This document shows, in pieces, positions 21,434 through 30,588 of a stretch of 33,968 nucleotides of DNA. Source of the DNA: a virus; the IMG/VR virus record IMGVR_UViG_3300045988_091480, positions 1-33,968 of that record; one strand, given 5' to 3'. Each line of letters opens with the position of its first letter. Position 1 is the stretch's first letter. Under the pieces are notes generated by a model that had not been told where the DNA came from, searched no databases, and worked only from the letters and a program-made list of their open reading frames with translations. The translations under genes and the position numbers were made by a program.

Positions 21434-21816
21434 TACACAAGCCCCAATTCGTAGTGATGTATATTGCCGCGCTCATCCGACACGGCATCCACCGTCTGCA
21501 CCGTGTACGGTCCTGTCACGTTCTTGCGCTTGTCCTTGACGGTGAGCGTCATATACTGCCCGGCGCGCTGGGCGCTCTCCTGCAAGGCGAGCATATCAAG
21601 GCGCGGCGTGCTGTACCGCCCGTCCACAAACAACAGCGAGCGGAGCGTGACCTCGGTGTTGTCCGCGGTCTTGCGCGTCTCGTTGGTGTTCTGGACATGG
21701 ACATGGGCGATGGTGTACGTTGTGCCTGTCGGCTGCTGGTAGCGGTCTATCCCGGTCGGCACGAACACCGCCGCCATGTCGGTCAGCATCTGGCGCGGTA
21801 TCGGTCTCAAGCTCAT
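21433..21816 (-). CDS. Head closure protein (Minor_capsid_1-like)
   Basis: Gene order. ATG 21816 forms an ATGA overlap with the upstream stop. Confidence 0.55.
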   Translation of the reverse strand: MSLRPIPRQMLTDMAAVFVPTGIDRYQQPTGTTYTIAHVHVQNTNETRKTADNTEVTLRSLLFVDGRYSTPRLDMLALQESAQRAGQYMTLTVKDKRKNVTGPYTVQTVDAVSDERGNIHHYELGLV

Positions 21817-22226
21817 AAGCACCACCCCCAGCCGGGAGCCAGCGGGTCAAGCGTCGGCACGGCGGGATCCAGCAATCCCGTCTGCTCAAGCGCGGCGATG
21901 GCTGCGGGAGCGGTCATAGAACGCGCTCCAAGCGCGCTTGCGCCCGCTCCGTCTATTCGTACCTTGCCGACCGTGAAACCGCCGTCCTGACGTCCTGCGG
22001 CGGCAAGGTCTATACCGTAGAGGGCATAGTATTCCATCTGCGCGCATATCGCCGTCTGCACGGCTTCCTGCTGGAACGGGTGCAGGGCGGCGTAGTTCGC
22101 CGCCCTGCCGTGGGTGATCTGCTTTATAATGCGCTCTGCGGTCGCCTCATACCGCGGGAAATCCTCCTCGGCTATTGGTTCTCCGAAATACACGTTGGTA
22201 TAATAATCAAGCGTGACAATAGCCAT
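21813..22226 (-). CDS. Head-tail connector / DNA-packaging adaptor
   Basis: First gene after the MCP. The LDYYTNVYFGE... N-terminus is typical of gp6/gp15-like adaptors. Confidence 0.6.
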   Translation of the reverse strand: MAIVTLDYYTNVYFGEPIAEEDFPRYEATAERIIKQITHGRAANYAALHPFQQEAVQTAICAQMEYYALYGIDLAAAGRQDGGFTVGKVRIDGAGASALGARSMTAPAAIAALEQTGLLDPAVPTLDPLAPGWGWCL

Positions 22227-22238
22227 GGGGCAGCCTCC

Positions 22239-23468
22239 TTACTCGCCGACAACTTCGACCGCCGAGCCCGCCGCGACTGCGACGTTCTTCTGACGGTTGA
22301 CGATGGCGACAGTTACATACTTGCCGGCGGTCTGGCCGGTGAGGTTCACGGGATTCTGCCCGCTCACCTTCGTCCACGTCGCACCGCTGGGCAGTGCCGC
22401 ACCATAAGTGACGGTGGGCGCTGCGGCATTGCCGGAAGTGATGTAGACATCGAGACCGGCGTAAGGATTGCCGTTCTGGTCGAGGTTCTTGCTGGCGTAG
22501 GTGATAACGGTCGCGCCGGTCGCCGCGCCCGCCGCGGAGGTCACGTCCACCGTGCCGAGGGTCGGGGCACTGCCGATGTTTGCGAAGAAGCCCGCCTGGC
22601 GCTGATTGAGCGCGAACACATCGTAAAAATAGCTCTCGTAGTAGAGCCACTTGCCCTTGCTCTGGGCAGAGGGCGGGGAGATGAGCGCCTGCTCATAGAC
22701 GATAGGCGCGACAACAGACATGGGGTCTGCGAGCAGCAGGTTTATCTGCTTTGCACCGGCGGTGACTTCCCAACCTTCAGTGAAATCATACTCGGTCTTC
22801 ATCACGTCGGAGGGGACTTCACGGATGAGAACGCCGTCGAGGCGACCGACGTTGCGGTCTATGTCGCGGATGCCCGTGCCGGTGTCGATGAAGCGGGTGA
22901 TGCCCGCCGCCTCCTTGAGGAGCTTATACGCCGCGGGCGTGATGTAGGCGCGCAGACGGTCGCGGTTTATGCGCTGATCCGTCATATACGCAAGGTAGCT
23001 GTCCCACGACGCGAGGATGCCGTCCGCGGTCAGTGCCGCGCTGTCCGTGCCGCCGTAGTCGGACGCGAACGCGGCGCACTTCGACGCCATATACGCATCC
23101 TGCTCGGGGATTTTCTGAAACTCGTTGAAGGTGCGGGTGACATTGGCGATGGTCGCCACTTCGTCGGTCTGCACCATATCCATCGGGTCTATCAGCGTGT
23201 CCCACTCGCGGTACATCTCCATGGTCTTGGTCTCCCATGCGAGATTGAAGTTGCGGGTGAACTTGCCGTCGATGCTGTCGCGGTTGACCGCACGCGCGCC
23301 GCTGACCTGCATGGAGGGTATCTCCACACTCGCGCCGCGCAGGGGGCGGAAGCGGCTGGCGTCTCCGGCGTTGTACATATCCGAGAAATACGCCAGATAC
23401 GGGTACGCATTGGCGAGTTCGCGGCTGTACTGCGCCGCGTAATTCATAGGTTCTCTGGTGAAGGGCAT
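22239..23468 (-). CDS. Major capsid protein with a C-terminal Ig-like decoration domain
   Basis: 409 aa, directly after the scaffold gene. The C-terminal approximately 110 aa (GTVDVTSAAGAATGATVITYAS...VTVAIVN...) are Ig-like. Confidence 0.8.
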   Translation of the reverse strand: MPFTREPMNYAAQYSRELANAYPYLAYFSDMYNAGDASRFRPLRGASVEIPSMQVSGARAVNRDSIDGKFTRNFNLAWETKTMEMYREWDTLIDPMDMVQTDEVATIANVTRTFNEFQKIPEQDAYMASKCAAFASDYGGTDSAALTADGILASWDSYLAYMTDQRINRDRLRAYITPAAYKLLKEAAGITRFIDTGTGIRDIDRNVGRLDGVLIREVPSDVMKTEYDFTEGWEVTAGAKQINLLLADPMSVVAPIVYEQALISPPSAQSKGKWLYYESYFYDVFALNQRQAGFFANIGSAPTLGTVDVTSAAGAATGATVITYASKNLDQNGNPYAGLDVYITSGNAAAPTVTYGAALPSGATWTKVSGQNPVNLTGQTAGKYVTVAIVNRQKNVAVAAGSAVEVVGE

Positions 23469-23489
23469 AATTTTTTGTTCCTTTCTGTG

Positions 23490-23975
23490 TTATTTTTTCG
23501 GGATGAATCCCCATGTGTCCATAAAGGACTTGCCGGTCTCCCCGGTGGGCGCGCCGCCCTGTGTGGGTGCACCGAACGTGGGTTTACTGGCGGGCTGCTC
23601 CTGTGCCGCGAAAAGCTCCGGCATAGTTGCCGCCATGCTCTCAAGCTGCTCAGTTATCGGCTTTGCTTTGTCTCCGTGATCAAGCTGATTCCAGACAATA
23701 TCACGATACGCGGATTTGACCGTCTGGAAGTCATCACTCTGGAATGTCTTGAGCTTTGCGTTCTCGCTCGCCATCGCAAGGAACGCGGGGTCATGGGTCA
23801 CGTCTACCGGGTCGGCGGGAGCTGCATTCTTGACCGCCTCGGCGATCTGCGTCTCCACGTCCGAGGTCAACGTGTAGTTCTTCGCGAGTGATCGGCTGGA
23901 TTCCGCCATGATGAATTCTATCTGCTCTGATGTGAGACCCTGCTTTTCGAGATCTGAGCGTTTGAAAAGTGCCAT
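23490..23975 (-). CDS. Scaffolding protein (GP20-like)
   Basis: 161-aa acidic helical protein immediately upstream of the MCP. Confidence 0.7.
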   Translation of the reverse strand: MALFKRSDLEKQGLTSEQIEFIMAESSRSLAKNYTLTSDVETQIAEAVKNAAPADPVDVTHDPAFLAMASENAKLKTFQSDDFQTVKSAYRDIVWNQLDHGDKAKPITEQLESMAATMPELFAAQEQPASKPTFGAPTQGGAPTGETGKSFMDTWGFIPKK

Positions 23976-24050
23976 GTTTTCCGTCCTTTCTTTCCGTCCT
24001 GACGTGGACGCACGCGGCGTTTTCCGCCCGCCGCAGGGCGAAATTGTATT

Positions 24051-24096
24051 AAAAAAGCAGTCCGCCCATCTCCCGCTCCGGGAGTGAGTATCCTGC
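24051..24096 (-). terminator. Terminator between the Dps-like gene and the scaffold gene
   Basis: The minus strand reads gcaggatactcactcccggagcgggagatgggcggactgc (imperfect hairpin) followed by tttttt. Confidence 0.55.
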
Positions 24097-24100
24097 CGTT

Positions 24101-24571
24101 TTAATCGTCGTCAATATCAGCTCTGCCGCGCGGGTCGGCCACAGGGGCGCGCACATCGCCCAGCGCGTGGGCGAGCTTGTAGTTGGCCTCCTTGTTCCAG
24201 AAATACTCGTATTCCTGAAGCTTGTTCTGCACATCGCGCGGGGTTATGGGCTCAGCTGCTCCCATCATGCCGGCTATGCCGCGGAAGATCTCCATGGCCA
24301 TTGTATAGGTCTCCTCCAGACGGCGCGGCGTGGTCGCTATCACATCGCTGGAAAAGTACAGCACCGCGTCTTTTATCGACGGCTCGGCATACCCCAGCGC
24401 AAGGCCGCGCTCTGTGAGGTCGTCCAGCTGCTCGCCTATCTCTTCATACCACTCGCCCAGCTGGGCGTGATTGCCGAACCATCCCGCATCTTTCACAAGA
24501 TGCCGGTGGAGGGTGGTCATGTTGTTGTAGGCGACCTTCATGTAGGCTATCAGGCGCTCGTATTCATTCAT
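24101..24571 (-). CDS. Dps/ferritin-like four-helix-bundle protein
   Basis: TTLHRHLVKDAGWFGNHAQLGEWYEEIGEQLDDLTERGLALGYAEP parallels the Dps pattern H..HW...G..F..LH.....Y......D..AER...LG..P, recalled from memory. Confidence 0.5.
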   Translation of the reverse strand: MNEYERLIAYMKVAYNNMTTLHRHLVKDAGWFGNHAQLGEWYEEIGEQLDDLTERGLALGYAEPSIKDAVLYFSSDVIATTPRRLEETYTMAMEIFRGIAGMMGAAEPITPRDVQNKLQEYEYFWNKEANYKLAHALGDVRAPVADPRGRADIDDD

Positions 24572-24765
24572 ACTGCCGCCTCCTCGCCGCCTCCCGCTCC
24601 GGGCTTGCGTTTTCTCTTGGGCTTTCCTGCTGTCTCGCCGCCTCCCGCTCCGGCGCGGTCAGCTTCAAGCGCTGCGAGGTCGCGGAATTTCACGCCGCAG
24701 CGCTTGCAGAGTATACCGTCGGCGTACCCCGTCAGCCATCCCACATCATGTGTGCATTTGTCCAT
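24568..24765 (-). CDS. 65-aa Cys-containing (C..H...C..C) protein with a Gly/Lys-rich tail
   Basis: Track ORF whose stop overlaps the Dps-like start. Confidence 0.5.
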   Translation of the reverse strand: MDKCTHDVGWLTGYADGILCKRCGVKFRDLAALEADRAGAGGGETAGKPKRKRKPGAGGGEEAAV

Positions 24766-24769
24766 AGTA

Positions 24770-25948
24770 TCAACTTCCTTTCTTTTTTACTGCCTCTTTC
24801 ACGATCTGCTCGTTCTGGTATTGTCTGCGGAAGCCCGTGCGGCGCACGAAATCCCGCATATCAGCCTGCGCGTCTCTGACACGCTGTCTGTCCTCTTTTG
24901 TGGCCGTGTCGCCCAGCATGACCAGGTCACGCTTTGCATAGCGTATATAACGCTCAAGGCGGCGCTGCTCCTGCTTGAGGGCATAGAGCGCGTCGTTTGC
25001 CTCCTTGTTCTGCACGCTTTTCACCGTGGGGATCGTCACGCCGGGTATGATCGTCTGCGGGAAGTGCTGGCAGTTGATGCCGAACAGTCCAGCTGGCTGC
25101 CCGTATGACGTGCTGTTCAGCGGCGCGTATGACACGGTGCGCCCGTCGCCGAGGCGTATCGTCCCGCTCGTATTGTCCCATGAGAGGAATTTCCCCTGCC
25201 ACGGGTAGCACAGCGGGCGTGCGCCGGGATGCTCCGACACCTGGAACACGTTCGCGCCGTACTCCTGCGCCCGCATTTTATAGCTCTGTATGGCGGTGTT
25301 GTGCACCGTCGTCCGCGTGACCATGTTCACATATGCCTCGGGTGTCCACTCGCGCCCCGCGCGGTCATAGAAGCCGGTCAGCCCCTTTGCAGATATGTTG
25401 AGGATCGCTGACCGCACCGCATTCCGCATCGTGTCCGTCCCCTCAACCAGATTTGCCGATGCCTGGTTAAGCTCCGCGAGTGTCCGCTCCATACGCTCCG
25501 CCACGTCAGCCACGCCGTGGCGGTACATATCGAGCGAGGATTGCAGCATATTGGTGTTTGTGAGGTTATATCGGCTCTCTGCCTGTGCGGCAAGCTCTCT
25601 GAGTATCTGCGTGACCTTGTCCGTCGTGGGCGGCGTCAGAAAGCCCGCTTCCGCCGCCTCCTCAAGTCTCGCCTCCAGCTCGTACAACGCGCCTATCCTC
25701 GTTTCGTCGAGGGTCTTCCACACCTTCTCCGGGAGCGCCTTTATGTGCTTATTGATGATTGCGGCATTCTCCGCCGTGAGCTGCCCCAGCTCCGCCAGCT
25801 TCTCAACTTCCCAATACGCCGTCCACACTGCCGAGCCGTTGCGCAGGTGCTTTCCGATGTTTATCAGGAGCTCATCTACCATGCGGGCGTATATATCCTC
25901 AATGGGCTCGGCGAGCTCCAATATTTCAGCCGGTGTCTGCATGGTCAT
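24770..25948 (-). CDS. Minor capsid / head morphogenesis protein (SPP1 gp7-like, Phage_min_cap2-type)
   Basis: 392 aa directly after the portal gene, with an overlapping start. Confidence 0.75.
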   Translation of the reverse strand: MTMQTPAEILELAEPIEDIYARMVDELLINIGKHLRNGSAVWTAYWEVEKLAELGQLTAENAAIINKHIKALPEKVWKTLDETRIGALYELEARLEEAAEAGFLTPPTTDKVTQILRELAAQAESRYNLTNTNMLQSSLDMYRHGVADVAERMERTLAELNQASANLVEGTDTMRNAVRSAILNISAKGLTGFYDRAGREWTPEAYVNMVTRTTVHNTAIQSYKMRAQEYGANVFQVSEHPGARPLCYPWQGKFLSWDNTSGTIRLGDGRTVSYAPLNSTSYGQPAGLFGINCQHFPQTIIPGVTIPTVKSVQNKEANDALYALKQEQRRLERYIRYAKRDLVMLGDTATKEDRQRVRDAQADMRDFVRRTGFRRQYQNEQIVKEAVKKKGS

Positions 25949-27564
25949 TCAGCGGTGGCGAAATCCAGCCGATCTATCGAATACGCATCTATCTTCTTCT
26001 CACCGGCGATCCGGGCGAGTTCCGCGTCCGCCTGTTCATCGGTAAGGCACTGCCCGTACTTGGGATCCGTGAGAAACGTCTTTTTGCTTATCAGCCCAGA
26101 ATCAACGAGCATTTTGCCCTCGTTTATGTTGGTCTGCCGATCCTGCGTGATGCCGTCGTCCATCTGCACCGCCACATGATAGCCGGGGCGCGCCAGGTCG
26201 GCTATCTTCTGCCCGTTGTAGCTCATGTCATAGAGCTGCGCAACGGCGATGATGTTTTCAACAAGGCGCTCAACGGCGGGCTTTATCTGGTTCTGAAAAT
26301 TCTTCACCGTCTTGTATGTCTTGCTGTTCTCGCTGACCACTTCCGTCGCCGTCTTGAGACCGTCGCGGGCGTCAAATGAAAACGTCCCCGCGGACAGGCC
26401 TATCTGCAAGCACAGGATATTCAAAAAGGCGTTCATTGCCGCGACGTGCTCATCCACGCGCAGTGTCACGCTGTTATCGGTTATCTTGAGGCTGTCGGGG
26501 TCGTCGGTGCTCAGTGCCTCGTATGTCTCGTCTGACGCATCAAAATATCGCCTCATGCGCCCGCTCTGCGGGTCGACCACGGTCTTGATCATTTTTGCCG
26601 GGACAATTATTCTCTTTTTGCCGAGGCGGAACTCCCGGACAAAGCTGTCAAAACATATATCCAGCGCGTGGAGCGTGTCCATGCAATTCCCGTATACGCT
26701 CATGCCCAGCGGGGAGTTATCGTCAAGGTTATTTGCAACGGGCGTCCTGAAATAGCTGAAAAGGCTATGCTCCAGCGATTCCATCTCCACCCGCTCGTCC
26801 AGCGTCGCGTAGATAGTGGCAAGCGGTATACGGTAGCCGAGAATATCCTGTGATTCCGTCGGCGACTTGTTCATCTGAGACTGGTACAGCTCATTCGTCA
26901 CGACGTAGGTCATGCCGTCCCACTTGTGCCATTCGAGGCGTGTGTAGTAATTGCCGCCCTTGGCTATGCGGCTTATGAACACACCCTCAGTGATCTCTGC
27001 GTTGTCCCACGCGGTCGGTACGAACTGATCCGCCATGCAGTAGCCTATGCGCACCCGCTCCGTGTCGGGTATCTCGCGCCCCTCGCGGTCACGGCGCACT
27101 TCGCGCCACACCTTGAGCGCTTCACCGCCCAGCGCCGCCGCCTGTTCTATCGACTGCCCCATTTTGGCCGAGAACGCATTCTGCCGGAGCACGCTCTGCA
27201 CGAAGTCATCCAGCGGGTCGGTCTCACCTTCCGCCAGCTCGCGCCCGTCGATGCTCACGTTCACGGTCGCCTGATCGCTCCACACCATCCCGCTCAGCTC
27301 CTGCGCGATCGCTTTCGAGAGATTCAGGTACGACATATTGCGCATGGCCGCCGGGTTCTCTATGGTCGGCGCGGGTATCAGATGCCATGCCTTATAAAAT
27401 CCCTTGTACAGGTACTTCCAGATGAAAATACCGTAATTGTAAAACTGCGAAAAGGCGGGCACGCCGTCTATCTCAAATATGGACTTGAACTCGCGCCCCA
27501 GTCCCGTTTTCGCCCCGACCGTCTCCATCCAGTTTTTCACCGCCTTTTTTATTCGTTCAAACAT
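25945..27564 (-). CDS. Portal protein (SPP1 gp6-like)
   Basis: 539 aa directly after TerL, with a typical N-terminus (IKKAVKNWM..., SYLNLSKAIAQELSGMVWSD). Confidence 0.85.
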   Translation of the reverse strand: MFERIKKAVKNWMETVGAKTGLGREFKSIFEIDGVPAFSQFYNYGIFIWKYLYKGFYKAWHLIPAPTIENPAAMRNMSYLNLSKAIAQELSGMVWSDQATVNVSIDGRELAEGETDPLDDFVQSVLRQNAFSAKMGQSIEQAAALGGEALKVWREVRRDREGREIPDTERVRIGYCMADQFVPTAWDNAEITEGVFISRIAKGGNYYTRLEWHKWDGMTYVVTNELYQSQMNKSPTESQDILGYRIPLATIYATLDERVEMESLEHSLFSYFRTPVANNLDDNSPLGMSVYGNCMDTLHALDICFDSFVREFRLGKKRIIVPAKMIKTVVDPQSGRMRRYFDASDETYEALSTDDPDSLKITDNSVTLRVDEHVAAMNAFLNILCLQIGLSAGTFSFDARDGLKTATEVVSENSKTYKTVKNFQNQIKPAVERLVENIIAVAQLYDMSYNGQKIADLARPGYHVAVQMDDGITQDRQTNINEGKMLVDSGLISKKTFLTDPKYGQCLTDEQADAELARIAGEKKIDAYSIDRLDFATAE

Positions 27565-27565
27565 T

Positions 27566-28834
27566 TCAGATCACATACCTCTTGTAGAAGTAATTGAACG
27601 CATACCGCGTTTCGTCCATGGCGTGGTTATTCGCGTCTATCGGGTGGCCGTTGTTGTCCAGGCAGTACATCCCGATCTCACGGATGAAATCAGCCGCGCC
27701 ATACTTTTCGAGGTCGCACACATAGAAAAGGCCGTCATTGATGCCGCTTTGCAGGTACTCAATGCCGACCTCTATGCCCTTTCTGTTGCCTTTTACGTCG
27801 CGGGCGTTGTTATCCGCCCCGCTCGTGGGCTGTCCCAGCTTCTCAAGCTCCGCCCGAAGTGCCTTGCACGCCGGGTCTATCAGAGTGTCACTTTCACGTC
27901 CGTGGAGCATATTTCGGCACCACGGGATGAACTCATTGACGATGTGCGCCGCCTGAGTGCTCATGGCCATAACCGTCCCCGTGTCATGCCCGGAATAATA
28001 CCAGTTGGCGATGCGGTACAGCTGGTATTTATTTTGCACATCTGACACGACATAGCAGCTTACACTTGTCGCGTCATTCAGACCGCCGTCACCTGCAAAG
28101 AACATCTCCACATACCGCCCCGGCGGAAGCTCGTGCAGGACGTGCGCCGTGAGGTCGAACATCGCGTATATAACGCCCTGCGGCATCGTGCGCCGTCCGT
28201 ACCAGTCCCGCTCCAGCAGGTATTTAGACTTCCGGCAGGTCTCGAAGATCTCTTTCCGGCGCGCTGCCGTGATGATGGGATTATCGTCTATCGTCCAATG
28301 CGTCCACCGTGTGTTCTGGACGTGGAAAACGTCCTTTATCACCGGGTGCATGGGCGCGGGCGGGTTGAGGTCCGCGATGTGCCACCTGTCCTTTGCCGCA
28401 TAGGTACGACGGAAGCATTCTTGAATCATTTCCGGGTGCAGCAGGTCAATTTCGCAGAAGTACACGCTACCGAGGCTCATGCCGCGTATACGGGAGGCGC
28501 TGTCTTTCTTCCCGCCACCCTTGTAGTACACGCGCTTGCTCCCGCTCGGCGTGTCTATCAGCAGATGGTCACCGTTGTCGTCGTGCTTGAGTGCGCAGTG
28601 TCCCGCGAAGATGTACAGCAGCCCGAAGCCGTCGCACTCCATCACGAGCTTGTAGGCCTGCTCCGCATTGAACGCGCACACAAGATGATTTGTGTCACGG
28701 CTTATCACCAGATGCCGCGCAAAGCGGAACACTGACGCGGTGGTTTTCGAGCTTCTGGGCGTACCTTCCGCTACGTCAAGTGTGAAATCAAACGGGGCTT
28801 TTATGTATGCCGTCTGTTTTGCCGAGAAGATCAT
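27566..28834 (-). CDS. terL: Terminase large subunit (PBSX/Terminase_3-type)
   Basis: Walker A-like VAEGTPRSSKTT. 422 aa, and the gene is coupled to terS (ATGA overlap). Confidence 0.9.
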   Translation of the reverse strand: MIFSAKQTAYIKAPFDFTLDVAEGTPRSSKTTASVFRFARHLVISRDTNHLVCAFNAEQAYKLVMECDGFGLLYIFAGHCALKHDDNGDHLLIDTPSGSKRVYYKGGGKKDSASRIRGMSLGSVYFCEIDLLHPEMIQECFRRTYAAKDRWHIADLNPPAPMHPVIKDVFHVQNTRWTHWTIDDNPIITAARRKEIFETCRKSKYLLERDWYGRRTMPQGVIYAMFDLTAHVLHELPPGRYVEMFFAGDGGLNDATSVSCYVVSDVQNKYQLYRIANWYYSGHDTGTVMAMSTQAAHIVNEFIPWCRNMLHGRESDTLIDPACKALRAELEKLGQPTSGADNNARDVKGNRKGIEVGIEYLQSGINDGLFYVCDLEKYGAADFIREIGMYCLDNNGHPIDANNHAMDETRYAFNYFYKRYVI

Positions 28835-29265
28835 ATCTCATCCCCCGTCTTGTACTCCAGCGGCGGCGCGTCCTGCTTCGTAGCCTCCACGAGGGCGAGC
28901 ATCAGCGGGCTGTCCTGTTTGCCGTCGCCTGTGAGCGTCCACTTGTCAATGAGCGTCCCCAGCGCCGTTGTGAGCTGGTTCGGTTTCAGGTTATCAAAAT
29001 CGTCTATTTTCAAGAGCTTATCGAGGTAAATGTCGATGATCCTGTTGACCTTGTCACGTTGTGTATCCATGTGTGCAAGGACAGCTTCGGAGTTCGCGCG
29101 TTTTTTCTGCGCACATTTGCTTTCAAATTCCGGGTCTGCCTCGACGATGTTTTTAACCGTCGTCGGCGAGACTTTATGCGCCTTTGCCACCGCGCGGAAA
29201 CTGCCCATCTGCACGTAGTCGGCCAGTATTCTTTTTTTCTGGCGGTCTGTCAACCGTGCAGCCAT
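28831..29265 (-). CDS. terS: Terminase small subunit with an N-terminal HTH
   Basis: MAARLTDRQKKRILADYVQMGSFRAVAKAHKVSPTTVKNIV is the HTH. AAGGTGA SD. The longer track ORF start would cross the upstream terminator. Confidence 0.65.
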   Translation of the reverse strand: MAARLTDRQKKRILADYVQMGSFRAVAKAHKVSPTTVKNIVEADPEFESKCAQKKRANSEAVLAHMDTQRDKVNRIIDIYLDKLLKIDDFDNLKPNQLTTALGTLIDKWTLTGDGKQDSPLMLALVEATKQDAPPLEYKTGDEI

Positions 29266-29286
29266 ACTGTCACCTTGCCTTTTCGG

Positions 29287-29326
29287 ATAAAAAGACACCA
29301 TGGGTTGAACTCGTACCCATGGTGTC
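29287..29326 (-). terminator. Strong rho-independent terminator immediately upstream of terS
   Basis: The minus strand reads gacaccatgggt acgagttca acccatggtgtc (12-bp perfect stem) followed by ttttt. Confidence 0.65.
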
Positions 29327-29368
29327 AAAGGGGGAAAGGAGATTGCTTCTTGCTTTCTGACCAATGCC

Positions 29369-29397
29369 AATATAACACATTCACGATGGACATTCAA
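29369..29397 (-). promoter_or_regulatory. Candidate late promoter
   Basis: The minus strand reads TTGAAT - 17 nt - TATATT, about 70 nt upstream of the terminator. Confidence 0.5.
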
Positions 29398-29407
29398 GGA
29401 CACCCAT

Positions 29408-29833
29408 TTATTTACTCAAGGTTTTTGAAAACTCCTTGAGAGCGTCTCCGTGAAGCCTCGTTACGTGCCGCACCGTGCGCCCCATCTGGTCGGCGATCTG
29501 CTCCCAGCTCGCGAAGTTGATGTATCGCCATTTGAGGATCGCGCGGTATCGGTCGTCCTCGACCGCCTCTATGCGCTTTTCTATCTCCCTCAGCTTCTTC
29601 ACGTACCGGCGCCGCGCGGCGGTCAGCTCATGCACATATTCGCACAGCATATCGTTTTTGTGTGGGTCTGGCGTACCGCCGCCGGTCGCGCCCGTCAGCT
29701 GAGGCGTTATCCGTGTCAGCGCGTCCCGCTCGGCGCGGATCTTCAGCTCCAGTCTGTACATCTCAAGCTTGATGCCGTAAGCCGCGCCCAGGTACTTTTT
29801 TGCCTTTGCCGTATTCGGTTTCTCTTTTGCCAT
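29408..29833 (-). CDS. Sigma-70 region-4-like HTH protein, putative late-gene activator (ArpU/RinA/DUF1492-style)
   Basis: The C-terminus RYRAILKWRYINFASWEQIADQMGRTVRHVTRLHGDALKEF matches the sigma r4 / phage late regulator pattern, and the gene lies just before terS. Confidence 0.55.
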   Translation of the reverse strand: MAKEKPNTAKAKKYLGAAYGIKLEMYRLELKIRAERDALTRITPQLTGATGGGTPDPHKNDMLCEYVHELTAARRRYVKKLREIEKRIEAVEDDRYRAILKWRYINFASWEQIADQMGRTVRHVTRLHGDALKEFSKTLSK

Positions 29834-29846
29834 TGTCGGCGCCCCC

Positions 29847-30257
29847 TCACCATCTCAGCAATCGTTCAGCTTGTCGGTCGTACTCGGCGTAGTTCCCGTA
29901 TTTGTCCAATATCGGAGCATACCTGCACGCCCCTGTGCAATTCTTCGCGTCGGCGCACAGTGTGCAGCCGTATCGGGCTATCATGTCCAGCTTGTTTTCG
30001 TTCCTTGTCGGCATCAGCGCCGCCACTGTTCTCGGCGCTTTGACCTCCGCCCTTTGGCGAGGAGCACGACGGAGGCATCCGCAGCTTTTCACCCTGCCAA
30101 AGCGGAGATTGCCTCCGGCAGTCTCAAAGAGCTTGCCGCAGTATGGACACACGCACTCCCAGCACGCCTCACCCGCTCGATTCTGTTTTTCTGCCCGGCG
30201 TATGACACGGATGCCGTTGAACGTCTGCCCGGTCATGTCTATCATGTTCTTACTCAT
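29847..30257 (-). CDS. Zinc-ribbon protein (GQTFNGIRVI...CWECVCPYCG...SCGC motif family)
   Basis: Motif layout common in Firmicute phage early regions. ATG 30257 overlaps the upstream stop. Confidence 0.5.
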   Translation of the reverse strand: MSKNMIDMTGQTFNGIRVIRRAEKQNRAGEACWECVCPYCGKLFETAGGNLRFGRVKSCGCLRRAPRQRAEVKAPRTVAALMPTRNENKLDMIARYGCTLCADAKNCTGACRYAPILDKYGNYAEYDRQAERLLRW

Positions 30258-30588
30258 CTGCGCCCACCATACGGTCGAGGCTGTCAAAGGTCTCCTGCGT
30301 CCAGCCGTAATCCTTCGCGTCCTCCCGCTCCGCCTCTGTCCGGCGGAACTTGGGTACAGTGCTGGCGGCGAGCTGTGCCTTTATCGCAGCGCGCTCCTCC
30401 GGCGTGCGCTTATCCTTGACCGGGTCATAGTAATACTCGGTCAAGGCCCCGGCAAAATCGCATAGCCCACACCTTCCTATCCCAGCGTGGGAGTATTCTG
30501 CCGGTACTTCTTGCAGCCTGTACAGCAGATTCATTTTCCTGTGGCACTCGGCGCACAGCTTATCGTACACAAGGCTTTTCTGTTTCAT
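30250..30588 (-). CDS. Hypothetical protein (112 aa, C..H / C..C pairs)
   Basis: Track ORF, coupled to Rep (ATGA overlap). Confidence 0.55.
   Translation of the reverse strand: MKQKSLVYDKLCAECHRKMNLLYRLQEVPAEYSHAGIGRCGLCDFAGALTEYYYDPVKDKRTPEERAAIKAQLAASTVPKFRRTEAEREDAKDYGWTQETFDSLDRMVGADE

Noticed and set aside
22080-23891. 603-aa plus-strand ORF spanning the MCP and scaffold genes
   Set aside because: It lies antisense to two well-supported structural genes. It has Arg/Gly/Ala-rich low-information composition typical of shadow ORFs in GC-rich DNA, no SD, and no recognisable motif.
24167-26179. Plus-strand ORFs of 313, 216 and 220 aa over the Dps-like, minor capsid and portal genes
   Set aside because: They are antisense shadows and overlap each other in different frames.
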